64,000 bases of DNA from Octopus vulgaris (GCA_951406725.2 OX597816.1:112654001-112718000), one strand, 5' to 3'. Positions 1 to 13,770 are shown, counted from the first letter of the stretch. The notes: generated from the sequence alone by a model not told the origin. Numbers and translations are program-made.

Positions 1-225
1 TTTGATACACTGCATATTGGATATAAGAAGATACAATCCATTACAGTAGGTTTGCTTGGCTGTGGTTGACCTGAGGTTAAACATAAAAAAAAGAACTACA
101 TTTCCTAAAAATCACATGTTGTTATTGACTGCTACATTTGAGTTGTAAAGAATTCAAAAATTGTTGATATCAATAATAAATCATTTTAGGATTTTTAGGG
201 TGTTCATAGGGGTAAAGTTTGTGCT

Positions 226-395
226 TTTGATCCCGGGTCAATCCTAATTAAACAAAATCATATTCAATGTCATTACAGCTATGACCACTGCATTTTTTCT
301 ATATTTTGCCCCAATTTTTCATCTTAAGATGGTAGAGTAGGATCTGAAGGCATTTGGCTGTTATTTTTAGCAGTTTGATCATAAAATCCTTCATT
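226..395 (-). mobile_element. Old interspersed repeat family F, degenerate copy
   Basis: Contains atttggctgttatttttagcag, the reverse complement of the ctgctagaaatagcagccaaatc motif that recurs many times in the window. Confidence 0.55.
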
Positions 396-512
396 TGACA
401 ATATTTTGGGTTTTTCATGCATTTCTTAGTATCATAATTTCATTCAGTCTTCAAATTCTGGAGATGTAACACTGTTAGCATGAGTAGTTGCAGATGGTGT
501 AACTCTTTTCAT

Positions 513-722
513 AATAACCCAGCTGATACTGTCCGTGGTTCTAAGGAACAAACTTACCATCTTAAAGTGATCTGCATTACAACCTTCCATCAAAATTTCA
601 TGTTAATTCATCTTCCTAACACCAGCTTAATTATGGTGAAGCTGTTTTGATAAATTCTTAATTGTTTTCAAAATTAATTAAAAGGCAATGTATTTCAACA
701 GAAATATGATAACAAAAAGGAG
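513..722. mobile_element. Degenerate piggyBac-like MITE
   Basis: Ends resemble ttaaccc...aaagggttaa termini (ataaccc at left, aacaaaaaggag at right); heavily decayed. Confidence 0.3.
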
Positions 723-1180
723 AAGATTTAGATGATCTCTCATAGGCTGAGCAACTAATGTAGTTGCTGCCTCACTTGTTTGGAGGTCAGTGAATAGGTG
801 TCATGCTGTGTTTTACAATTTTGCGACTAACCAGTGATTAATTGAGCTTATTGTTTAATTTTTTCAACAATAGTTTTAATGTTTTCATTTGCATAATATT
901 GTATCATCTATTTCACTTCTTTTTCTAATATTGAATCTGATTCTAATATTTCTAAATATTTATCTCTCCTCCCTCCCCATCCACAACCCCAATTAATTTA
1001 TTCTCTAATGGTTGTTAGGCAATTTGAATATTTAGGAGCAAGAAGATTCTGAGAAGTTAGTAAAGATATTCTTGGCTTAAAGGAGAAAGGCTGGCTGTAA
1101 TTTAGATGTACAGGTTTGTCAGACTGTCTAGTATTTGAGAATATTTTTTTGTTCTTTGATAGTTTGTCAAGCATAAGTTA

Positions 1181-1385
1181 TTGTTATTGATTAACCTTAA
1201 GTCAGCCCTGATCAAGCACATGTAAAGACAAAGACATTCTAACCATGATCAGCCTGTCTTTTATTTGGGATAGTGTACCTTAGACTGCATCATCTAATGT
1301 AGCCATTAAGTAAGAGAATGATTTGGAGAGATTTGCTTGCTATTTTTGGTAGATATAGCAATGACATAGAGGCTTCCTCACTACC
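1181..1385 (-). mobile_element. Repeat family F copy
   Basis: gtcagccctgatcaagcac...gagatttgcttgctattttt matches the reverse complement of 48495-48680. Confidence 0.6.
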
Positions 1386-1799
1386 TCATTTTGTAGCAGT
1401 TATGGGAAATGAGTGAACACTGCAGTTTGAGAGAGTGAGTGATTCCTTCCAGGTTTTATTAGCAATACTCACTCTTTACATGTACTGTTACAGCACAGCT
1501 GTATTTTAGTATTTTAACCAGTGTGTAGTACAAAAAAAAAAAAAAACACAATGAAGAAATATGTGAACCTTGCTAATGAAAGCATTAAACATTTGGACAT
1601 TCTGAAGGAACATATTTCATACAAGCAGTTTGAATACACAAAGTAATTTTCCAATATAAAGTAATAGAAATGAGAAAATTACTGAATATTTGAGGTATTA
1701 GATAACTAATGCAAAAGACTAGATACTAATCTCAGATAAATTGGTCAAGGTCTGGATGCCATGGATACATGCTGTTCTGCATATATATTATCCTGTTCC

Positions 1800-2750
1800 A
1801 GCTAGGAAAAGTATGTTAAACTCTTGCTGTTGATCCAGTCAGCGATATCATACTGAATATGGAGAATTACAAATATATGAGAAGAGAATTTATTAATTGC
1901 CATATGCTGCAGCATGGTGCTTGCATTGAAATTTGTCTTAATAAAAGTCAAATTTACATGCTGAAATAGGATAGCATAGATAAACAGTAAGACATTGGTA
2001 TCAAATGTGTCCCTCATTGTTTGCATACTCACAGCACACACATCAGGTTTTCTAAATCTGCTACTTTTATTTAATAATTGAAATATTAATTCTCAAATGT
2101 CTGACTCTAGAAAGTTCTAGAGTCAGTTGAGTTCTTTTAAAGAACACAGGTGCTGCAAATTGACATTTATTATGGATGTCTTTCCAGTTGGGAAGAGCAG
2201 GAATAATTACTTCCTGGATGGTGAACACAGTTTTCTTGAGTTTTATGCACTTCATCAAATATGTCTTTTATATTACTTCATTGAAATTTTAACTCGTGAG
2301 ACATCTTAACATCTTTTTCTGGAATGTTAGCAACAATTATGTATGCCACTCCCTGCTTCTTTCTTCCTGAAGTTCAATTTGACATGTTCAATTTTTCCAG
2401 ATTTAAGTGCAAGTTGTTATAGGTACATCTGGTAAACAAACTCTGCATCTCACAACTGTTGTAAGGCTTGTCATTCTCTTACATCATCTTTGTTGAATAA
2501 GAAATAAGAACACTTTCAAACTTGGGAAAAGCAGCATTTATATTATTTGGAAGATAACTGCTTGATCAACAAATATATTCACCTTGGGGTTAAAATCCTT
2601 CCTATTCTTCTTATTACTTCTTTCTTCTTATCATAGCTGTAGCACTGGTAACCTTTAATCTATGATGGCTGTTATAGACAATGTGTAAATGTATAATTGG
2701 GGGAATAGAGTAATGGACTGCAAGGCACTGCTGTACTCACATGTAGAGAG
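1800..2750 (-). pseudogene. Highly decayed non-LTR retrotransposon RT remnant
   Basis: Minus strand has faint KAFD-like (aaatttgacttt) and WINS-like segments in RT spacing; many stops. Confidence 0.25.
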
Positions 2751-3084
2751 GAGGATACAATATCATTACTTTCAACAACTTGTGATCCATTAGTAAAGAC
2801 GTTTTGAATCTACAAGCAGATAATGCTTGTCCAGTCACAGATCTTTTAGTTTCAGCACCAGCTTTTGATGAGATATTAGATTGGAGTGGGTTAGCTGAAT
2901 GTTTATTGTACATTTAATGTAAGAATATTGTTTAAGTTGGCTGAGATTATCTAAAAACTAATTATAAATTCCAGACATCTTATTCTCTATATTCATAATA
3001 ATTTTAGACAGAAAGGAAATATGAATGAATGAAGACAGTTTAGCAAATATGATATACTAATGATGCTGGGTGTTAAAATTAGTA

Positions 3085-3270
3085 GGCTTGTGGATATAGA
3101 GTGTTGTGGTATTTAGGAACATCTTTTCATGTTCTAAGTTCAAATCCTTCTGGGATAAATAGAATAAATGTCAGTCAACAAGTCCTAAGGTTAATGTAAT
3201 AATCTACATACAAGTTGATGCTTCAACATGGCCACAATTTGGCCAATGCTTGAAACACAATAAAAGGTAA
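3085..3270 (+). mobile_element. Old hybrid SINE (C-like head, B-like tail)
   Basis: ttctaagttcaaatcc (C B-box region) followed by gatgcttcaacatggccaca...tgaaacacaataaaag (B tail). Confidence 0.4.
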
Positions 3271-3689
3271 AAAAAATGAGCAAATGACTTGTTTATTTGT
3301 ATTCAGGACTGAACAATTGATTTCAGGTTAGCAAGGAGATAAATGTAAATTACATTTTTGTCTGAGTAAAATATTTCTCTCGGTCAAAATTATTTAGATT
3401 TGTGTTTTAATAAACTTAAGTGGTTTGTATGCATGCATCAGTCATTCATGTTTGCATTGGTTAGATGAATATTATTGAAACACTGTTTTACAGTCAAATG
3501 ACCTTCCTGTTGCTAACTTGGTTTGTTTTACAAATAAGGGATCCCTTATTCCATGTGGCTTTGGTGGTATGAAGCAAATGGTTGATTTGTTGATAAGAGA
3601 ACTGATGATGGCAGCTTTGCTCATAGGTCATAACTTTCAGAGAAAACAAAAAAAAAAAGAAAGAAATGAAAACATACACACAGTCTTTT

Positions 3690-3832
3690 TTTTTCCAGTT
3701 TTATCTACCAAATCTCTTCACAGGGCTTTTGTTGGCTCCAGACTATAGTAGAAAGTGCTTACCTATGGTACCACACAGTGAAACTGAATCCAAAACTGTA
3801 TGGTTGAGAAGCAAGCTTCTTAAGTACACACC
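3690..3832 (-). mobile_element. SINE family B, head fragment
   Basis: cagttttatctaccaaatc...agcaagcttctt is the reverse complement of the B head at 28102. Confidence 0.7.
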
Positions 3833-3845
3833 TATTTTTGCATGT

Positions 3846-4110
3846 GGAGGTGTGTGGCTTAGTGGTTAGGGTGTCAGCATCATGATCGTAAGATTGTGGT
3901 TTCGATTCCTGGATCGGGCGATGCGTTGTGTTCTTGAGCAAAACACTTCATTTCACATTGCTCCAGTCCACTCAGCTGGCAAAAATGAGTAACACTGCGA
4001 TGGACTGGTGTCCCGTCCAGCTGAGGAACACATACACCATTGAAACTGAGAAACTGGGCCCATGACTGGCTAGGCTTTAAAAGGGTGCATTTATTTATTT
4101 TATTATTTTG
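3846..4110 (+). mobile_element. tRNA-derived SINE family A, full length
   Basis: Pol III A box tggcttagtgg and B box gtttcgattcc; close copies at 34077 and 35695; imperfect TSD tatttttgcatgt/tattttggcatgt. Confidence 0.9.
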
Positions 4111-4464
4111 GCATGTCAAATATTCAAGTTAGTGTATTTCATTTAATAAAGCACTAATGATATTTTCTCTGGAGATCAGTTATGATAGCAGGATTTCAAC
4201 TCGGCGTGTAAAAAAAAAATCAGTATAAATACTACAAAGCATATTTTCCTATGCTCTAACAATTCTGACAGCTCATAATCTTTATTAAAATGCACACACG
4301 CACACACTCAAACAAGTTTTGCTATATTTAACAGTTTGTATGTTTTACTTTATAAATTTATTAAAACAGGAGTTTCAGTAAAAAATATATTGCTTTAAAT
4401 GAAGAAGATTCAAATATATTTTCTGATCTTCATATTTTTTATGAAATTTCATAATCCTTACATC

Positions 4465-4539
4465 TATATATGTATACATGTATGTTTGTCAATGTGTATA
4501 TATGTATGTTAATACATATTTATGTGTATGTGTGTGCCA

Positions 4540-4599
<60 letters not shown>

Positions 4600-4825
4600 A
4601 TGCATGTATAAATATGTATGAGTGTATGCATGAATATGTGTGTATGTATGAATATATGTATGTGTGTATGAATATATATATGTGTCTATGTATAAATATA
4701 TATGTGTGAATGTATAAATATATATATATGTGTGTGAATGTATAAATATATATTTCTGTGTATGTATAAATATATATTTGTGTGTATGTATAAATATATA
4801 TGTATATGTGTATTTATGTTTGTAT
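4465..4825. repeat. Compound (TA)n/(TG)n microsatellite with 24-bp higher-order units
   Basis: Direct reading; tgtataaatatata units repeat at about 4690-4800. Confidence 0.95.
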
Positions 4826-5605
4826 TACAATTAAAACTTTTAGAAAGGCTTTCACCATTATATTTTGCAGTTTTCACTAATTTCATTAGTCATACAGAAT
4901 CTTATAAAATCAATATAATCTTACCAAAGTTAGTTTCATAAAAAGATCAATGATTTTTCACTCTCTCTTCTATCACCACATACATATGCATGCGTGTGTG
5001 TATTGTTCTTTGTTTTATTGATTAGTCACTCAAAGAAGAAATTCTTGCTAGACTCAATGCAATGACATAAATCTAAAATGTTTAGCTTGCTGTTCCTGTG
5101 AAAGAAAAATATTAAAATCAATTTGTGTTTATTTACATAGAAATAACAAGCTCTGGGGTATCTCTATAAAGAATACATAGTTATGATTTCATTTATCAGT
5201 TTAATGTTACACTGTTGACAGAAACTTGCACAATATTTCACATGTTTTATTGACTACAGTATTGCCTGCATTCAAATGTAAGTGTTTTAAGTACAAATAT
5301 CAATAAGAAGTATACTCTTTCATATCATAAAATTCATTAATAACATATGTTTAAAAAAAATAAAATCCCATACTTTCCAGATATATTTTTCACGATTATT
5401 ATGTTTATCATTTAAAACACTGAAAATTCATATTTCAGTGTGATGTGAAAAAAAAATTAATTCTTTGGATGTTATAATTATATAAACAAAGATTGCATAT
5501 TAGTTTGTTTTTAACTTTATCTTTTAGTCCTATATTATAGCAGCAAGTTGACCAATGGTTTGTGAGTGAAATTAGTAGATAGAAACTAAAAAAAGCCTGT
5601 CATAA

Positions 5606-6123
5606 TTATATGTGCGTGTGTGTATGTGTATATATATATGTATGTGTATATATATATGTGTGTGTATGTATATATATATGTATTTATGTGTATATATATG
5701 TGTGTGTGTATATATATATGTGTGTGTATGTATATATATGTATGTGTATATATATATGTGTGTGTATATATATATGTATTTATGTGTATATATATGTGTG
5801 TGTGTATATATATGTGTGTGTGTATATATGTGTGTGTGTATGTATATATATGTGTATATATATATGTATGTGTATATATATGTATGTGTGTATATATATA
5901 TATATATATGTGTATATATATATGTATGTGTATATATATGTATGTGTGTATATATATATATATGTATGTGTATATATATGTATGTGTATATATATATATA
6001 TATATATGTGTATATATGTGTGTGTGTGTATATATATATATGTATGTGTATATATATATGTGTGTGTGTGTGTGTATATATATATATGTATGCATATATA
6101 TATATGTATGTATGTGTGTGTGT
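5606..6123. repeat. Compound (TG)/(TA) microsatellite, about 520 bp
   Basis: Direct reading; source of six spurious ORFs. Confidence 0.97.
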
Positions 6124-8079
6124 TTGCTGACTGTATGCACACAATCCTTCACTATCAATGTAGTGAGCATTATTTGCTTGCAGTCAATTCTGTGAGCACA
6201 TCTGGGTTTCTTGACACATCCTGACATGTTGCATGCTCTTTGTAAACAAAATGCCTCTTTCAGATGGTGTCATGTTTCCAGTTCACTGAGTGACTATGCT
6301 TAGGTTCTTTATTATTTGATACACCAGGAGATTATTAACTTGTTTGGAGACAGATGCTGGTCAGTAAAAGGAAGAGCATACAGCTGCAGATCTGCTGTAA
6401 CAAATTATCTGACCCATGTAAGCATGGAAAAGTGGACATTAAAACAGCAATGATAATAAGTTATCTTGAGAGAAGGCATTACTCATGACTCATTACAAGG
6501 CTTCTGAAACTAGTGAGAGTGAGTGAGGGAGGGAGACAGGAAGGCATCCTGGAACTGAACACCTGGCCTGGATGTTTGTGACAAGGTGGATTTCATTAAA
6601 AGTATCCAAAGTGCCAGGCGATGATGTTAAAATGGATGTCCACATCACCAGTTCTTGGATGTCATATTTAGTCTACAATCAAAGTGGTCCATAGCAGGAT
6701 TTCAACACAGAATGCAAAGAACTGGAAGAAACTCTGCAAGGCAATTTGTTTAACATTCTTACAGTTTTATCAATTCACCATTCTGGACTGATGTCCAGTT
6801 ATCACATAATTGCCTTATTTCTATTTTGCTGATTAGAGTACAGTTTCTGTTTCTAAGTAATCCTTGTTATAATTGTATGAATATTCTTTTATATCCTCAA
6901 AATATACCTGAAAATGTAACCAGTATGTCATCTCTCTAATACAACCTAACTTCATTCCTTATTTTCCACTAGCATTTGACTCTTAATTTATAATTGAATA
7001 GTTAAGGTACTGAAGTATTGGTTTTTGTATTAGGAAGCCAAATCCTGCCATTGCCAATGTATTCTTTATATTATATTCCTAGGAAAGCACATAACTCAAC
7101 AAACTTCACTATGCCTAGCTGCAAAAGAGATGATGCCACTATCATTTGGATATAAAACAATTCATTGCTATTATGTTAAACTGTTTTATATCCAAATTTG
7201 ACCAAATGCGTTTATTTATTAATTTTTATTTTTTCAATATTTAATTTTGCTTGCAATAGCTGGTTCTTTTGTTCAAACTGTTGTATCTTCAGCTGCTTCA
7301 GATGAAAATTGTCAGAGGGTAGTACAATGGTTTAGCTTTTTTCAAAAGTGTAGCAAGTCTCACATACAACAGTTTTGCAAAAATATTTCTAACTGAAAAT
7401 ATCATAGATGCATGGAGTTATGATTTTATGCACTCAGAAAAGTATTATTGTTAAGCTGAAACTGTTGTTAGTGTACAAAGAAATGGAATGGTAAAACTAT
7501 TTTTTCATTTACTAGAAAAAGCAGCATTTTGGGCTCATGACACTTTTGCATAATAGCAACAAATTGTAGAATTAAGTTCTGCTATTCTGTTAAATGATGT
7601 AGAACATAAACGGCCAAGCATACATGAAAAGAATATTACTTTGGTAACAGGAAGAGAATTCTGCTGTAAAAGCCCATGCAAAAAAAAAAGTACGAAGATA
7701 ACATAGGTTAAAAGTGATTACTCTCTTTTATATGAGATGACATAGAGTAAAAGAGATTGCTCTCTTGCATGAGAGAATCTCTCTAATTCTGGTGACATGT
7801 CCAAATTCACAATTGTGCTGTAAAGTGGTTGGTGAAAGAGAGTATCAGGCTGTAAAAATATATAAAATAAACATGATATATAGAAGGAAATAATTAGTTT
7901 TCTCCTTTACTGTGTATACCAGATTAGGGATTACAACATGTGGTAAGACACTGAGAACCCCGCCAATACATACCGACATTAAAAAATACGCGTAAAATAA
8001 TGATGTCGATGATGATGATCTAGATATCTCTCTCCTTTCTCCCCTCAACACACAGATACATGCATTTTCCTCCCTATTT

Positions 8080-8783
8080 TCTTTTTACTTGTTTCAGTCA
8101 TTGACCTGCAACCTTACTAGCACACCACCCTGAAGGATTTAGTTAATCAAATCAACCCCAGTACTTGTCTCTATAAATTCGGTATTGATTCTTTCCTCCC
8201 TTTTGCCAAACCGCTAAGTTACAGGATGTAAACAAACTAAAACCCATTGTCAAATTATGGTGAGGGACAAACACAATGACATGCACACTCATATGCATGC
8301 ATGCATACATACCTATATACATGCATATGCATATATCCGTGTTTAAGAATAAATTTGTACTCTCAATGTAATATAAAATTGTTTTTATTATAACTGATTA
8401 CATTTGTGTGTGTGTGTGTGTGTATGCCATCATCATCATCATCATTTAGCATCTGTTTTCAATGCTGGCATGGGTTGGATGGTTTGACATGGAGCTGGTT
8501 AGCAGGGTGATGTCCAGACTCCAGCTGTCTGTTGATGCATGGTTTCTATAGCTAGATGCCCTTCCTTATGCCAACCACTTAACAGAGTATGCAAGGTGCT
8601 TTTTACATGCCACCATATATAAGATGGGTTTCCATACAATTTTCATCTATTAAATTCACACACAAGGCTTTAGTTTGTCCTGAGTAAAGTAAAAGACACT
8701 TGTTCAAGGTTCTACACAGTGCGACCTAATCTGAAGCCATATGGTTGAGAAACAAACTTCTTAAGCAGAGAGCCATACCTATG
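8080..8783 (-). mobile_element. SINE family B, degenerate, interrupted in its microsatellite linker
   Basis: Tail (tttacttgtttcagtcattga) at about 8080-8280 and head at about 8620-8783. Confidence 0.7.
8428..8614 (-). mobile_element. Family D retro-fragment with (GAT)n tail, nested in SINE B
   Basis: (cat)n followed by gctggcatgggttggatgg...gatgcccttcc; reverse complement of 45138-45327. Confidence 0.8.
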
Positions 8784-9099
8784 CATATATATATATATAT
8801 ATATATATTTACACATACTCTCACTCTCACACATAATTTTCTCTACATTTCATAGAGATATATAAAATTGCATTAAATTACTAGTTCTCCAGGTGTCACT
8901 GAAGTTTGACATTAATGAATGTGTTTATTACTATGAGGAAGTCTAAGGTCTTTAGTTATAACATAATTAGGCAGAAGTTGTCTGAAGAACTGAAATAAAT
9001 AATTAACTCATTGTATGATACCTATTTAATCAGAAGACATTTCAAGGTTATTATTATTTATTTTACAGACTTAGATTAGAAAGAAAATATTTGGAAACT

Positions 9100-9103
9100 T
9101 GTA

Positions 9104-9147
<44 letters not shown>

Positions 9148-9195
9148 TGTGTGTGTGTGTGTGTGTGTATACATGTGTGTGTGTGTGTGTGTATA
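9100..9195. repeat. (TG)(TA)(TG) microsatellite
   Basis: Direct reading. Confidence 0.9.
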
Positions 9196-9469
9196 AAGAC
9201 ATTTTTATTTTTGAAGAAATGATTCATACAATTAGATCTGTTATTTGAAACTTTTAAGCAGGAAACAATATTGCTGTTTATGAGACATGTTTAATCTAAG
9301 TTTTGTTATTGAAGCAATAATTGTTTACAAGTTCAATACAATTAGCCTAGTTTGTTATCTTAATAACAATAACATTGGTTTGTTTATTAACGATGAAATA
9401 TGTTGAATGAAAGTGAAGTTGTAGAATTTATTGTCAGGAGCATAGAGTAACAGTAAATCACTTCTACTT

Positions 9470-10252
9470 GGAAATTGAAATTTAGTGAGATTTGATTTAT
9501 GAAAACATTGTCTGAGCTCCATACCTCTTATTCTAATAAGAGAAATTCTCTTATATTTCCACAAAGCCACACATTGGCAGAAAACTATTTAAAGTTATAT
9601 ATGGCTATGGTACATCTATACTTACAGCCTGCATCTCCAGTTTGGAACAGTCATCCTGTCCATAATATCGATCAACTGGAAGCTGTCCAGAGACTTGCAA
9701 CCAGACGAATACCTTCTGTCAGTCACCATTTCTTGTCATTTTGCTTCTCTGGGCATTGATACACTAAAGTTTTGACAACTAGCAGCTAACTAGGTAGAAG
9801 CTTACCATCTTTCAAATAACAAATTTTGGCCATCTATTTCAATGCAATATTTCTATCTCCAGTGGCCATGATTATAAAATAAAAAAAAGAAAAGCACCAC
9901 CACACCCATGATTTTCTCAAACAGTTTGTAACATGCTCAGAATTGTTGAAGCATAGAATATACTACCTGAAATAGTTAATAGCAGTCTGGACACTGCATT
10001 CTTCAAAACTCCCAAGTTTCCTAAAATTCACCAACGCTATTCCTGACATGCCCATGTTCCTTTTCCCTTTTATGGTTCTTCTATTGGTCACTTTTCTTTC
10101 TCCTCTGTGGTTTATTCTATGAACTGTGCATGCATTTTTGTTTTCATTGCAATTGTACTTTACTTGACTTATTGCTGCTTCTACCCAGTCTTCTACCCTT
10201 TTCTGACAAGTTGTAGTGCACCTAAGCACTGTATCCAATAATTTCATATTAT
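9470..10252 (+). mobile_element. CR1-clade LINE 3' remnant
   Basis: ORF 9499-9759 LKLYMAMV..ASPVWN..IDQLEAVQRLATRRIP matches the CR1 post-RT motif; 3' end gttgtagtgcacctaagcactgta shared with the copy at 36441. Confidence 0.85.
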
Positions 10253-10615
10253 ATAAGAAGGGTAAAATCAATAAAAACAGCTCCTGTGTATAACCGCTAC
10301 TTGTCTTATATGCTGCAAAGAGTTGAAAGATTAAGTTCACTATAAAAGGATTTGATCTCTCAACATGGAAGCACCCTAAATAGAATATAATTAAGAATTC
10401 AGTACATTGTTTCACCATTTCTACTATATCTCTACCATCCTCAGAATAAAAGATAATTTCTTAGTTATTCCATCTTCCACTTAAGAGCAAGTCAATGGTC
10501 ATTCTGCATTATCATAATATTGTTATTAATACTTCAATACTATTAGCATATCAACAAATTTATATCTTCAAATTTAGTGATAAGTCTTTGCAATTCTCAG
10601 GGGCTTTATAAAGGT

Positions 10616-10816
10616 TATATATATATAAACAAATGTATACATTATATATATATATATATACACATGTATATGTATATATATGTATATGTATGCATGTGTA
10701 TGTATGCATGTATATGTATGTAAATATATGTATGTATATATGTATATATATGTAAAAATATGTATGTATATATATATGTATGTATGTATATATATATATA
10801 TGTATATATGTGTGTG

Positions 10817-10847
<31 letters not shown>

Positions 10848-10856
10848 ATGTGTGTG

Positions 10857-10887
<31 letters not shown>

Positions 10888-10923
10888 ATGTGTGTATATA
10901 TATATATATATGTGCGTGTGTGT

Positions 10924-10981
<58 letters not shown>

Positions 10982-11004
10982 GTGTGTGTGTGTAAATATA
11001 TATA
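10616..11004. repeat. Compound (TA)/(TG) microsatellite
   Basis: Direct reading. Confidence 0.97.
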
Positions 11005-11081
11005 ACATTAAAGATGAGAATTTCCTGCAGCTATTTTATTTGTCTAAACTCCTGTCTTTAGAACTGAAATGCAGATTGTGG

Positions 11082-11760
11082 AATAATAATAATGGTTTCA
11101 AATTTTGGCAAAGAGCCAGCAGTCTTTGAGGGGAGATGTAAGTCAATTACATCAACCTGGTACTTCACTGGTACTTATTTTATTGATCCTGAAAGGATAA
11201 ACAGCAAAGTCAACCTTGGTGGAAATGGAGCTCAGAACATAAAGATGGATGTAATGCCACTAAGCATTCTTTTTGATATGCTTACAGTTCCGCCAGCTTG
11301 CCACCTTAATAATAATAATGGTTTGAAATTTTGAAGGGGATGGGCCTAGCTAATATCAAAGACCCCCATACAGGTACTTTATTTTATTAACCCTACAGAG
11401 GTTAGAGGTAATACTGACTCAGGCAGAATTTGAACACAGGATATAAAGAGTTGTAAGAAATACCACTGCACATTTTGTCCAACATTAACAATTTTGTCAT
11501 CTAACTTCTAATAATAATGATCATAACCCTTTCTGTGATTGATACAAGACATGAAACTTTGGGGGATGGGGGTTAGTTGATTATATCAACCCCAGTACTT
11601 GGCTGGTAATTATTTCAACAAACCAAAAGGATGGAAGGCAAAGTTGACCTTAGTGGCATTTGAACTCAGGACATAAACACAAACAAAATACTGTTATGCA
11701 TTTTCTCTGGCATTCTAATGATTCTGCCATCTCACTGCCTTGATAATGATGATGATAATT
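11082..11760 (-). mobile_element. Three head-to-tail SINE C-like copies separated by (AAT)n
   Basis: Each unit has ggtacttatttt...aaaggat...tttgaactcag-type sequence (reverse complement of the C core); units at about 11093-11307, 11320-11508 and 11525-11742. Confidence 0.75.
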
Positions 11761-13149
11761 TTGTGTCTCTTTTTCTCATGCTGGTATGGGTTGAGTGAAA
11801 TGTAGTAGTCTGAGTCAGTTTTATTTAGAATTTCTATCTACCTGAGTGCCATGAACTATGTTTCACTTGTATAAACACACAACTGTGACATAGTTTGTGG
11901 TCCCTTTAAGAGGGTAGTAACCATATTTCGGTATGGCTTATACAGCCGAAGTTCCCTTTCCTAATACTAATCATGTTACATAAAAGTTGTGTTTAATTTA
12001 GTGAATATAGAGATAATTCTGAGATCATAGTGATACTTTCCATGCACATATGAAATTATTTTCCATTCCCTAGTAATATTTTGATACTCAAGCCAACAAG
12101 AGAACTTATACATAGTTGATCAACCTGCTAAAAATACCAGTCAAATTACACCGTCCTATCATAAAATTGCAGACATATTGCGTAATGCAGTCCTCAGTAA
12201 ATTATGACTAAAAATAAAGTGAAATGGTTTAGACTGGACTGCCTTTCATTGTAGGTCCTCACAGTTATGGTTGACTATTTACAAAACAACTTTTTCATGT
12301 TTTCTCTTTCTTTCACTTGTACTTAACTACCATATGCTGTAGATAATATTATCTTATATCCAACATTGCTTTTCTTTACTACAGTAGTCATGTCATTAGT
12401 TTGTTGTCAGGGATCCCACAGGATTTTCAAACTGCTATCTTAGAAAACTCCCATGGTATCATTCCACATCATATGTTTTTCTCTTCATGTGCTTAGATGT
12501 ACATGTGTGTCACTTTGATAAATTTCTACACGTCATATCTATAGACATGGGAACCATTCCTATTTCAACATTTGTCTGTCTTGCAATTGTGGGTTGATCA
12601 CTTGTGAAAACTCAGAATCAGAAGCTGTATAGGGTAGGTAGTATAGGCTGCTGAAATGTATGTAAATTATTTTATAATTTTTATGAAGTGTCAGTGTTAA
12701 TCTACCTGCTTTTAAAGTTGTTTTACAATTATATGATATCAAATATATAGCAATCTGTTGTGTGTGTTGTAAATGATCAATCTTGAAACCTAATTTTAGC
12801 AGAAAATATATTTTGAAAAGCTATTAATATAACGTCAACAGATATATTATTAACAAACTCTTTTATTTGTGAAAATTCTATTGAAATATTGAGAATGTAT
12901 GGAGCATGTAATATCAATGCAGGCTATCTCGCCAGAATTGTTATTTAATATTTGTAAAGTCAAACCAATTGAAGATACTCTAGCTTTTAAAGGAAAAAAT
13001 AAAACACTTGCGTGCATGAAGCAAATCACGATCACATTACCAATGTTGTTGAAAACTCGGACAATAATATTATAGTCAGGAAATCTGAAAATTTTAAAAG
13101 TAAATATGAAAATGCCACAAAAATTGTCAACCACTACAATCCAGCAGAG

Positions 13150-13770
13150 TGGTTGGATGAAAAACAAGAATGATGGCAGAAAGTGATCATGATGTTATGA
13201 ATGGACTGCGTCTTTTTAATAAACAGGACAGTTTTCCAAAAGATGCAAATAAACTTAGTTTCTCTGTGACAATGATGTATAGGAAAATTAACAACAGTGA
13301 ACATTTTCTTAGAAGCTGACTTGTTTATTCACATAGCACCAATAAAATTTATTGCTTAAGTTGAAAAGTTTTTGGCTTCTCAAATAAGTCATTTTTAGGA
13401 AAATCTGGAATTAATGATTGGAAGCATGCTCTGAAGTAGATATTGCAAAAGAATTATTTTCTGGAAATGTAAAGCTTCCACTAGAAGCCATTAGATTCAT
13501 CAACAATAATAAGTTACAGGATGCCATGCCAAATCTGTTGGTTGCATTAAGAATAATCTTTATGATACCTGTAACTGTGGCCATGGGAGAGAGAAGCTCT
13601 AGTAAACTAAAGCTTATAAAGACATGTTTACTATCATCCATGACACAAGACAGATTAAATTCTTTGGCAATTTTGTCAGTAGGAAATAATATTGTAAAAA
13701 AAAATAAAAAAAGATACCTATAGAAAGTGCTATTTGAGTATTTGCAGAGCTAAAATAAATTAAAAAATTG
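13150..13770 (+). mobile_element. hAT transposase relic (TTF-type zinc finger/ZMYM1-like group), internally deleted
   Basis: FPKD..FS....YRK..N.E...RS*LVYS....KIYC at about 13230-13355, then the hATC dimerisation motif PNL.VALRI...PVTVA.GERS.SKLKLIK..L.SSMTQDRLNSLAILS. Confidence 0.88.

Noticed and set aside
3846-3920. tRNA genes suggested by A/B boxes (also 28105, 35695, 38631, 50900)
   Set aside because: They are SINE heads: no full cloverleaf, and they continue into repeat bodies, several with TSDs
5572-6227. Long ORFs rich in Y/I/H/T or C/V/M (also 4470-4941, 10574-11129, 26050-27187)
   Set aside because: Translations of stop-free dinucleotide microsatellites in all frames
7081-7396. 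Protein-looking frames after two plus-strand acceptors
   Set aside because: No good donor sites and no recognisable homology; not supportable without transcripts
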